From contig NC_043015.1 of the NCBI RefSeq assembly GCF_006345805.1, positions 6,138,001-6,202,000 of the forward strand: DNA of 64,000 bases, read 5' to 3'. Made by a program: the position numbers and the translations under genes. The DNA is from Octopus sinensis (taxonomy: Eukaryota). Below, piece by piece: positions 40,165 to 51,335 of the stretch. The notes beneath the pieces were generated by a model. That model worked only from the letters and a program-made list of their open reading frames with translations. It was not told where the DNA came from and searched no databases. The stretch's first letter is position 1. Every line of letters starts with the position of its first letter.

Positions 40165-40431
40165 CAATGGGCGCATGTAAGTATTTCATTTATGTCTTTT
40201 CGTATTTTCTACTGAAAAGGAATATATTATCTGATTAATTCCGAAATTGATTCAATATAGAAATAACGAACTATTTTTTTAAAATTCTGTTGGCTGGCTT
40301 TCCTCGATTTCAGATGTACGTGTTTTCTGTAGTGAGTAAATATGTGGAAATTGACGTTTTGAAAGTCTGTTATCAGCTTATCAGCATATTGGCATAGAAT
40401 TAATATTTCTTTAGCCCTTGTTTATAAGTTG

Positions 40432-40432
<1 letters not shown>
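40165..40432 (+). repeat. Diverged segment duplicated at 43861-44107
   Basis: Shared GTAAGTATTT.ATTTATGTCTT, TCCGAAATTG, GCATAT.TGGCAT.AGAATT, GTTTATAAGTTGT in the same order. Confidence 0.75.
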
Positions 40433-40522
<90 letters not shown>

Positions 40523-40606
40523 GATATTTTATTTTTTTACAAAGTAAACACGAAATTGTACGTAACGCTGCATGGATAAAACAAAGGTAAAAAACACAAC
40601 AAACAG

Positions 40607-40810
40607 AAATCGCCAAAACATGTCATGCAGGAAAAGGACAATAGCACAACATCGTCAAGCAAGACAAAACAAAATACACGAATCGTTCGCAGCCAATCGC
40701 TTCTTCAGTTGGAGAATCAATTGGTTGCTAACGATCCGTGATTGTTGTTTTGTCCAGTTTGCGAATGTTGTACTATCGCCCTTTAACTGCTTGTTATGTT
40801 TTGGCGATTT
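40607..40810. repeat. Imperfect inverted repeat (~100-bp arms, tiny loop)
   Basis: AAATCGCCAAAACAT...GCAGCCAATCGCTTCTTCA / TGGAGAATCAATTGGTTGC...ATGTTTTGGCGATTT. Confidence 0.8.
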
Positions 40811-40820
40811 GTTTCTGTTT

Positions 40821-41380
40821 CATCAGAGCGGCAGATGAATGTTACTACTAGTTGAACCCCAGATGCATTCTCTGCTTTTTGGATTTCGGTGCAAGCTATG
40901 CGCACATTTTATATAAACTACATCGCTCTCAGGAGGAGCTAAACCCCACTAATCCCAAGCAGCTGACAGAATCGCGGGACTGACTAGTTTCAAGCTATTT
41001 GCCTCAGATCAGTACACCTGCGCAGTTGAGTGATAACTAAGATTTACTTCTGCCAGCGATATATTGGAAAGAAAGTGACTTTCCGTCAGTGATTTGCAAC
41101 AAGTAAAATAGCAAGTTTAAAAAATATCGAGAAGAGACAGTGTAGTAACGTATACTGAGGAGTAAGGCGTCTCGCCACATCAAAATGGCAGTTGAATATT
41201 ACTACTAGTTTAAACGCAGGTGGATTCTCCGCTAGCTGGTTTACGGTGCAAGCTCTGCACTCATTATATACAATATATCGGTAGCAAGGGGAGCGAAACT
41301 CTACCATCCCAAAGCAGCGTAGAGGATCACGAGACCGGCAAGTTTCGAGCAAGTTGGCTCACATCACCAGTGCGCACCTG
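40821..41380 (-). mobile_element. Two diverged direct repeats (40821-41020, 41179-41380) each with a degenerate hammerhead-like motif
   Basis: Shared TACTACTAGTT, CGGTGCAAGCT (40887/41244), ATCCCAA.GCAGC, AGTTTC.AGC, CACCTG. Confidence 0.6.
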
Positions 41381-41391
41381 TATGTATATGC

Positions 41392-41422
<31 letters not shown>

Positions 41423-41565
41423 ACAACGGGCTTCTTTCAGTCTCCGTCTACCAAATTTACTCACAAGGCTTTGGTCGGCCCGAGGATATAGTAGGAAAAA
41501 CTCGCCCAAGGTTCCACGCAGTGCGACTGTACTCGGAACCATGTGTTTGGTAAGCAAGCTACTTA
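41423..41565 (-). mobile_element. SINE family A 5' half
   Basis: ACGGGCTTCTTTCAG...GCCCAAGGTTCCACGCAGT. Confidence 0.85.
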
Positions 41566-41584
41566 TAATAGAGCTACTCTTAAG

Positions 41585-41664
<80 letters not shown>

Positions 41665-41689
41665 ATATAATATATATATATATATATAC

Positions 41690-41990
41690 GGAGGCGCAAT
41701 GGCCTAGTGGTTAGGGCAGTGGACTCGCGGTTGTAGGATTGCGGTTTCGATTCTCAGACCGGGCGTTGTGAGTGTATATTGAGAGAATGCACCTAAAGCT
41801 CCACGATGCTCCGACAGGGGATGGTGGCGATCCCTGCTGTACTCTTTCGCCACAACTTTCTCTCACTCTTTCCCCTGTTGGCCTACTTGCTTAGCCAGCG
41901 GTGTGGCGTCATTTGAAGGCTAAAACAATGCGAAGCGCATTGTGACCAGCGATGTTTAGCAACATCTGATATCCTGGTCGGTCACGGTGA
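41690..41990 (+). mobile_element. SINE family C, tail variant 2
   Basis: GGAGGCGCAATGGCCTAGTGGTTAGGGCAGTGGACTCGCGG...GGTTTCGATTC; same core as 46762; inserted in (TA)n. Confidence 0.88.
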
Positions 41991-42665
41991 TATACATATA
42001 CATGAATCTATGTATTTATACGTATATATATGTGTGTGTGTGTAAGAGAGAGAAAGAGGGAGGGAGAGATAGTAAGAGGAATTATGCCTTAACCATTACG
42101 TGCTCAAAATTACAATACAGTCGCCTCTAAATACTGCAATATTGGTTGTTGTACGAAGCACCATTCTAATGTAATTAGTACACCTCCTTCCTCCAGACAA
42201 AATAGATACCCAAAAGAGTAAGGCTAACAATCTCTATTAAACAGTCATTCCTTTCATGGTCATGTTAATATGACTGTCCGAGCTGAATATGCAATAAAAG
42301 CAGTTAATATGTACGAAGAGAATAATCTTGGGCCTGCTTTCAATGTCTTCAATACTATGAGGACAAGTATGGATACACCATGATATGCTCGTTAAAACAA
42401 AAGGCGTTTTGTACCGCATTACTCATTAAAATAAAATCATTAATGCTATGCCATAGGGAATAATATTTTAAATTTCAGAGAAAATGTGTCTCGTATAGTT
42501 TCAGTTTTTCCCTAAAGGTAAAAAGATCTAAAAATCTGCTCTGCAGCAAAATAGTTGCAACATAAGAGATTAATTTTGACTAGATGAAATATATGCCTAC
42601 ATACGCACGCACTTACACTAGCAGACTCACCCAGCTTCAAACACACTTTCTCTCTCTCTCGCTCA

Positions 42666-42697
<32 letters not shown>

Positions 42698-42841
42698 TAC
42701 ACACATGCAAACTGACACACAACCACTCGTAAACACGCACACATTTGTTTAAGAGAGTTTACTAGGTCATACCGAATTTTTTCGTCTACGCCATCTTGAG
42801 AAAAGAACATACAAGTCTGCAATACAGGAAATTGGCAAATA

Positions 42842-42898
<57 letters not shown>

Positions 42899-43078
42899 CT
42901 GTGTGCGAATATATATACATATAAATGAATATATATGTTATATATATATATATTAAATTAATATGTGTGTGCATGAACGTATATGCGTATGTATATATAC
43001 ATAAACATTTATATATGCATCCATATACCTGTATACATTCATATAATTCATTTCGCACGGACGCGAAATATCTAGTTG

Positions 43079-43109
<31 letters not shown>

Positions 43110-43519
43110 TGTGTGTGTGTGTGTGGTGTGTGTGTGTGTGCATGCGAGTTTGTGTTTGTGCAAATCTCTATTTTTCTGTGCGTGTTTTAGTACCTTTGCG
43201 AACTTCCTGCATTGCAGTCAAGCTGAGTGTATCTGTAGACTTATACGTACGCGTATGTGTGTATGTATCGATGTATATATGTATGTATACTGCCAAAGAA
43301 AACATACGTAAAAGATATGTGCGTATGGACAGCGATTATACACGAGACGAGTTTTACAGTATAGTGCTAAATAAACAGACACATTGAACGCCCACAGTGA
43401 ATTTACTATCGATGCAAGTTAGAAAAGTACCGATTGCTTCTCACTTGATTTCGTTTAGTTGCTTTCTTTATTTTCTTAACCCTCAGCTAATATAGACCGC
43501 ACAAAACATGCTTGTATAC

Positions 43520-43742
43520 GTACAGGAATATTTAGAATCATCTCAAGATATTTCCTACATATGTTTTCTTACGTGATTTTTTCCACCTTTTGTGACCGTG
43601 TTGTTAATTCCACCCAAGGAATAAGTAAAAATATTACTCCTCCATATATACAAATTTACACACACACACACACACACACACCACACACACACACACTAAC
43701 ACAGACCCCAAAACACTGACATGCACACACACACACATTCAG

Positions 43743-43800
<58 letters not shown>

Positions 43801-44184
43801 CTTATATATATATATATATATATATAAACTTATATATATATATATATATATATAACTTATTCTATGGGTATGAGTAAGTATTTTATTTATGTCTTACGTA
43901 TTTATCGCTGACAAGGAGAAAAATTCTTATGAATTAACTCCGAAATTGGGACCGATACGATGATAACGGAATTGTTTAGAAATTTCTGTCTGCTTACTTC
44001 GAGACGCGTGTTTGTAGTGATAAATTATATCGTTATTGATCATTTGTCTATTTTCGGCATATTTGGCATTAGAATTTTTTTTCTTTTGCCCAAGTTTATA
44101 AGTTGTTTATAAATTTAACCTTTAAAGGTATTTTTCAATATGCTGGCCATTGATAAAACTTTTTTCAAAAATTGTATCCTATAT

Positions 44185-44227
<43 letters not shown>

Positions 44228-45000
44228 TATATATATAATATATATATATATTATATATATATATAATATATATAATACATAGTAAACGCTAACACAATTG
44301 AAATTAACTGTGACATCGTTTTCACCAGCTAAACCATCATGGGACAGTGGAAACTTCAATAAATTTATACCAAACGTATTGATCAATAACTTAGGTTTAA
44401 TGCAAGCTTTCTTTATTCTAACATAAATAAAAACAATACCACACACACACAAACTTATATTTATTTATTCATGCATAGGTGTTTTTATTTTATAGAAAAT
44501 CACATTTTTAATTTCGAGAATCGAGTTTCACGCTACAGCGATCTACAGGCGAGAATTTTATGTTTCGAATTTGACCGGGAGCTGCTTAAAGGAAATCCAC
44601 TCATACAAACCCCTAGTGAGTGTTCAATCAGCTTTCGTTAAATCAGCTTCATATCTTAATTAAATAAGTAATTTTTAATCGAAAGTTATACTTTCTTTTG
44701 TTTTCGTACTACGCATACTATGTTCACAGTATGGGAAATATATTGTTGGTTTTAATGTTTTACCTAAGCCACCAGGCCCAAAATAACCTCGGGAAAGTAA
44801 TTCAGTTAATATTTTCTCTAAGATAACAAAATGAAGAATACAGTTGCTCCATCTTTAATCCCTGTTGTTGATGTTTGGTTTCTCTTCATCATGGAGTGTC
44901 CTGATATATTATCAACATTTTTGGGAGTCATGTTCACACTGAAGTTGATTAAGCTACAGAAAATTCTTGACTATACTAACCTCGGCCCACTCGTTTCTCA
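43520..45000 (+). repeat. Local segmental duplication, copy 1
   Basis: Collinear with 45450-47315 (TTTCCTACATATGTTTTC, CAAGGAATAAGTA, TTTCGAGAAT, CCACCAGGCC, GACTATACTAAC). Confidence 0.9.
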
Positions 45001-45026
45001 CTTTGATATGTCTATCTATCTATCTG

Positions 45027-45101
<75 letters not shown>

Positions 45102-45449
45102 GTACTTGCTTAGTTTTGCTTTCCAATTATAAAATAAGTATATAAAAAGATAAAAACAAAATATATATATTTATATGAATGTATGTATATATCTATATAT
45201 GTAAATGAATATAAAAACACACTCATATACATACATATACGTATATATATATATATGTATATTTGTACATATATATATATATATTAAAATTATATGCATA
45301 TATACAATATTTATGTGCGTATGTACATGCGTGTGTATATGTCTATGGTGTCTACATATATAAGTGCTTAACGTGGAACTGATTCCATATATAAATATAT
45401 CAGCAAACCTAATCATATCGACAGATGTACTGAAGAATATTTAGTATCC

Positions 45450-46048
45450 CCTCATCAAGACATTTCCTACATATGTTTTCTAACGTGATTTTTTCCACCT
45501 TTAGTGGCTGCGATGGTAATGAGTTGCTATGTATGTGTCGTGAACGCTACAATATTTATGAGCCTAAGAAAATAATGGTTCCTGTTATATTTGCCATTGA
45601 GCTGCCTTCTAATTTACTTGGAGAAGCAACCATCGCCACGAAAATCAAAATAAATAAAAAGCCACAGATATACACGGCGTACAAACACATATATTTTTCT
45701 GTTGCCATGCTTACTAAAGTAAGATGTGGAAATAGCGCAAATCCTTACCTTTTGCAATGTGTTATATTGGACATAGTGTCAAAAAGGTATTCTGAATTTG
45801 TTATTGAAATGTTACGGTTGAAATCGTAATTTTGACGTGAGGTCATTTGAAGGCTTGTTCAGATATGATAATAACAGAAAATAACAGAATGACATAGTCT
45901 ATACCTATACAGAGATGACAGATTACTATTTCTTTAGAGGCCTGGTTTCCACTCAAGGAATAAGTATGAATATTACTCCACACCTACACCCACACAGATA
46001 CACGTACACACCCGAAAATACAGAGATGCACATACACGCTCACACGCG

Positions 46049-46099
<51 letters not shown>

Positions 46100-47315
46100 T
46101 ATATATATATATATATATATTGGTGTGTTCGGTGAAGAAAACAAGAAAACAAGAAAAACATATATATATATACGTTGTACTTTAACATGACTGATAGTAA
46201 CTGTGACATCGAAGTTTTCGCCAGCAGAACCATCATCGACAGTGGATACTTCAATATAACTGTCAATATTTTACTTGTAAAAAGATAATAAATTATAACC
46301 AAACGTGCTGAGCAATACTTCTGTTTAGTGCAAATTTTCTTTATTCTAACATAAATATAAATAATAACACACGCACACACACTTATATTTATTTATTCAT
46401 GCATATGTGTTTTTGTTTTATGGAAAAGGACTTTTTTAATTTCGAGAATGGAGTTTCACGCAACAGCTATCTACAGTCGAGAATTCTAGGTTTCGATTTT
46501 GGCCGGGAGCTGCTTAACAGAAAATCCGCTCATACAAACCCCTAATGACTGTTCAGACTGCATTCGTTAATTGAGTTTCATATCTTAATTAAATAACTAA
46601 TTTTTAATCAAAAGTTTTACATTCGTTTGTTTTCCTACTACACACACTATGCTAATACTATGGAGAATATAGCGTTGCTTTTAATGTTTTACCTAAACCA
46701 CCAGGCCAAAAATAACCTCAGGAAGGTACATTCAGTAAATATTTTCTCTAAGCTCAGAAAACGCAATGGCGCAGTGTTTAGGGCAGCGGACTCGCAGTCG
46801 TAGGATCGCGGTTTCGATTCCAAGACCGGGCGTTGTGAGTGTTTATTGAGCGAAAACACCTAAAGCTCCACGAGGCTCCGGCAGGGATGGTGGTGATCCC
46901 TGCTGTACTCTTTCACCACAACTTTCTATCACTCTTACTTCCTGTTTCTGTTGTACCTGTATTTCAAAGGGCCGGCCTTGTCACTCTCTGTGTCACGCCG
47001 AATATCCCCGAGAACTACGTTAAGGGTACACGTGTCTGTGGAGTGCTCAGCCACTTACACGTTAATTTCACGAGCAGGCTGTTCCGTTGATTCGGATCAA
47101 CCGGAACCCTCGTCGTCGTAACCGACGGAGTGCTTCCATTTCATTCTCTAAGGTCAGGGCACGAAGAATACAGTTTCTCCACCTTTAATCCTTGTTGCTG
47201 ATTTTTAGTTTCAGTTTATCATGAAGTGTCCCGATATATTACCAACATTTTTTGGAATCATGTTCATACTGAAGTTTATTAAGTTATAGACTATACTAAC
47301 TTTGGTCCACTCGTG
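45450..47315 (+). repeat. Local segmental duplication, copy 2 (with SINE insertion and large indels)
   Basis: See copy 1. Confidence 0.9.
46762..47143 (+). mobile_element. SINE family C, tail variant 3
   Basis: tRNA-like head CGCAATGGCGCAGTGTTTAGGGCAGCGGACTCG...; TSD TTCTCTAAG(C/G)TCAG (46744, 47144); absent from the paralogous site at ~44820. Confidence 0.92.
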
Positions 47316-48137
47316 TATTACTCTTATCACAATCTTCCCTTTTTAAGACGATAGAGGGTGAGAGGAGAAAATTTGTAATAGGTCAACTGGTTACAATCTT
47401 TACCTGAAGCTTCCAAAGCGGCAAAGTTACAACTCATAAAGAAAATAATAAATAAATAAAATCGATTATTAATTAAAAGAAAATAAAAATTAAAGACTAA
47501 TTCACTTTAAAAGAAGACAGAAATTGAAAAAAACAAAAAAAAAAGAGAATCGAATTAAATTATCTGTTGGTTTGGTGATCTTCAATGCACATTATCAAAC
47601 AAAATAAATTAATGATTATGACTCGTACATTCGTGACACATTTCTTTGAAAAGTGGAATCAACAACAAATGTTAAGTGGTAAGGAGTATGCACTTGAGCG
47701 AAGACATAAAACTTAAATATGTAACACACTTTCATTTTGAAATGAAAGTACTTAGAAATCAGAAAATAATTTGAGAAATATAAGGTGAGTGAATTATGCT
47801 ATCTGTTATTTTTTTCCTCGTTATTTCACATTACTTTAAGGATGGTGGACTGGTAGATTCGTTAGACTGAATTAACATGCCTACAGCACTTTTGTTGCAG
47901 TGTTTCTAGTTCATAATTCAGTATAACATTCAAATTTGCGAGTCTGACATAAATATAAAATGTGTAATATGGTCGATATAATCCCCTAATGCTGGTAATC
48001 TCTACGCTGGACGTTGCGACTGTGAAAGGAATCAAATATTACAAGATATATTGATGCATGCTTTCCGTAGGTTAAATTGTATTGTGAAAGTACCGTGCAC
48101 TTTTCTATAGTCAAGTAGCCACATGGATAGCTAGAAT

Positions 48138-48173
<36 letters not shown>

Positions 48174-48231
48174 ACACACAAACACACGCACATACACACA
48201 CACACACATACGCACCTACATATATATATAT

Positions 48232-48610
48232 TCTTTTATTTTATTTGTTTCAGTCATTCGACTGCGGCCATGCTGGAGCACCACCTTTGGTCCAACAAAT
48301 GGACCCCAGGACATATTCTTAGTCTAGTACTTGTTCTATCGGTCTCTTTTTGCTGAACCTCTAAGTTATGGGGACGCAAACACACCCGCATCAGTTGTCA
48401 AGCGATCGTGGGGAGACAAACATATGCACACACATAAACACACACACACACACATATATATACGACGGGCTTTTTTTAGTTTCCGTCTACCAAATCCAGT
48501 CACAAGGCTTTGGTCGGCCCGAGGCTATAGTACAAGACATTTACCCAAGGTGCCACGCAGTAGGACTGAAGCAGGAACCATGCGGTTGGTAAGGAAGCTA
48601 CTTACCACAA
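48232..48610 (-). mobile_element. SINE family A
   Basis: Reverse complement of 54126-54545. Confidence 0.9.
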
Positions 48611-50409
48611 GACTGAAAATATTCAGATGGACATTCGCACATAAGCATATAGGTATTTATATACTTACCGAACACAATTGCAGGGAATACAAAAAATATC
48701 GAAAACTAAAGGGAGAGGGAATGTTATTTAAGATCCGACAGTTGTTTCTGGAGGCTTGGAATTACGTAATAGTTGTAATGTTAGTCGCTTGAGTATACAA
48801 ATGCCAAGGATAGGCAACTAAAAATGGATACATATAAGCATTTGCATAAAGCCGGACTTCGACCGCTAGCTGTTCAGATCATAGAGCAAGGAATTTAAGG
48901 GTAAAATGAGTTAAGAAAGCAAATAGAAGATGATGGAGGGTGTAGGTATTTCAGGAGGAGTTGTTGAAGAAGAGGAAAAGCAAAAAGGAATAGGAGAGGC
49001 AGAACAAGGAGCTGTTGGGGATGAGTTTCCGGAGAATTTAGAGAAGTAATAGAAGTAATAGAAGGGGTGATTGAAGAAATGAGTGAGAAGTGGTCCGATG
49101 AGTAGTATTGTAAATGATTGAGTCGTTGTTGGATGTACTGACAACATATGTTTTTAATCAGGGATGACGGCGTCTATATAGCTTAAATTCCCTGCATTAT
49201 GATCTGAATTGCTAGATTCCAAACTCTCCACTCTGTATCTGTCTATCATACTACCTTACTGCCTCCAAGACACCTCAATTCTGATTGCTCTTAAAGCCGC
49301 TTTATGTGCCTTGCGCTCGGCCCTGGATGAGGAATTTGGAATTTAAGTTCACGTTCATTTGAGCACTAATCTGTTATCTATACTAAGCTTATTTTTCCTC
49401 TCACTCACTCATCACACACACATATACACGTTCATTCACCTACTAACTACAGACACCGACTGCACACACATACACTTACACAGGCATGCGTCATTTTGCT
49501 AAGAGCAAACACACCACTTTCCTTCAACGCATTAAACCAAGCTAGCTTTCCTCAAGCTAATGCATTGCACATTCGCTGCTATCTGTTATCTGATTACTAT
49601 TAATTATTGATTTTTATGTCAAACTGCCAATCAGAATCCCAGAAGATAGGGATATTGATAAAACCTTAGGTGGCATAATGATCAGAAATCGAAATTCTAA
49701 AATGTTCGCCACATCGGTTAATCAACAAAAGGTCATTATGAACAGAAGTAGATTGATTATTATCAAATTACACTGCATTTCTGGAAATCTGGATTTCAAG
49801 AGAGCACAAATATTAACAATAGCAAATAGTTAGTTCGATTAAGGAAGAATAAAGTTTCTGTGTATGAGCGATTGTGTTGTTTTGTTGTTAATAATCTTCA
49901 TGCATTAAATGCTGTTTAAGCTTTCATAAGCGGTTCATTCTAGAAATAGACATATAGAAGTGTGGGAGCCTTTTTGTTATTAGATATTTGTTTTGTGTGT
50001 AGTCGTTGTTATATAGTATTAAAATGCTTGCGAATAAATACACTCTCTAGTCTTACGCATAAATATGTGATCAAACAATTTCTTGTTTGAGACAACTGTG
50101 CCATAGATTATTTCGCTAGTGTGTCTCGGATTTGTCAATATATTATTTGGTGTTTGGCAGATGGAAACTGTGTAAGCCATGTGTGTATGTGTGTGACTGT
50201 GTACCTGCAGGTCTCTATCGTAGGCACAGCTTCATATTTGATCATAATGAATTAAAGGCATGTGTTCCCTTACCATACAAAAAAAAAAAATAAGTTAATC
50301 ATTCGATAAACGGTGGACGATTAATAAGTACTAAGTTTCGCATATATCCAACTAGATCGAAAGAATCGGGTACTGCGTTATGGTCACCGAGACAGAAACC
50401 AATAAAATA

Positions 50410-50835
50410 AATGGTTTCTAACTTAGGCTCAATACATACAATTTGTAGTAAGGCATTGGATAACACAGCCACTCATTACTTGGTTGGGATTTTTTGGTAT
50501 TGTATTAGGAGTGATGCAAAGTAAACATGAGATTGTCGCAATTTGAACTCAAGATTTAAAAAGCGGAAAGAAATCTCGGAATTAATTTTGTGCGAACTTG
50601 TAACAATTCTACTAATCTGCTGCTAATAATTTTTAATAGCTATAGGGTTTTCAAATTTTAGAAATTTTCATTGGAGGGCAATTTTGTTACATTGCCTCTT
50701 CCTTATTTTATCGACCCCAAAAGAATAAAACTCACAGTCAACCTCGGTAGAAATTGAGCAAAGAACGTAAAAACGGAAGAAATGCCACTAAGCAGTTTTG
50801 TGCGGCTTGCTAACGGTTCTTCCAGCTCGCCATCT
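50410..50835 (-). mobile_element. Two diverged SINE family B relics
   Basis: ATTTGAACTCAAG; TTTTATCGACCCC...GTCAACCTCGG...GCTAACGGTTCTTCCAGCTCGCC. Confidence 0.65.
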
Positions 50836-51149
50836 TCGAATGCCAAAATTATAATCCATTCCTAGTACGAATAAATTAGCTTCGTTGTGTAACGAATGCT
50901 GTAAACAGCAGAAGGAAGAGAACCTATTTTCTGTGTCTCGTCAAGTAATTCAAGCTTTTGAATCTAGCCTAGAGTGATAATGTTCAAATATAAAGAAAAT
51001 GGGATAATTTAATTAGCAATCGGTTTCCGGTTTGGCACAGAACTGAATCTTTGATTTAAATCGCGCATTGTTTCTGTTTGCACAACACCACCCTGGTCGG
51101 CAGAGAATCAATCGGCATAAAATTTTCTCCTAAAACAGTCGTTTGTGAA

Positions 51150-51335
51150 TAACAACGATAGCAGCAGCAGCAGCAGCAACAACAGAAGCAGCAGCGGCGG
51201 CGGCAGCAGCACAACCATCGCCACCACCACCATCACCACCACAACCACCACAACCACCAACAACACCATCAGTAACCGCAACAACAACAGCAATCTTAAT
51301 GGTAAACGCAACAACAACAACAGCCACAACAACAA
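51150..51335. repeat. Compound trinucleotide repeat (AGC/GGC/ACC/AAC)n
   Basis: Directly visible. Confidence 0.85.

Noticed and set aside
41690-41765. tRNA-Arg-like sequence
   Set aside because: Acceptor stem not convincing and it continues into SINE core and tail; a SINE head, not a tRNA gene
48331-48792. 153-aa ORF with RLWSARGYS motif (also 33652, 41220)
   Set aside because: Antisense translation of SINE family A
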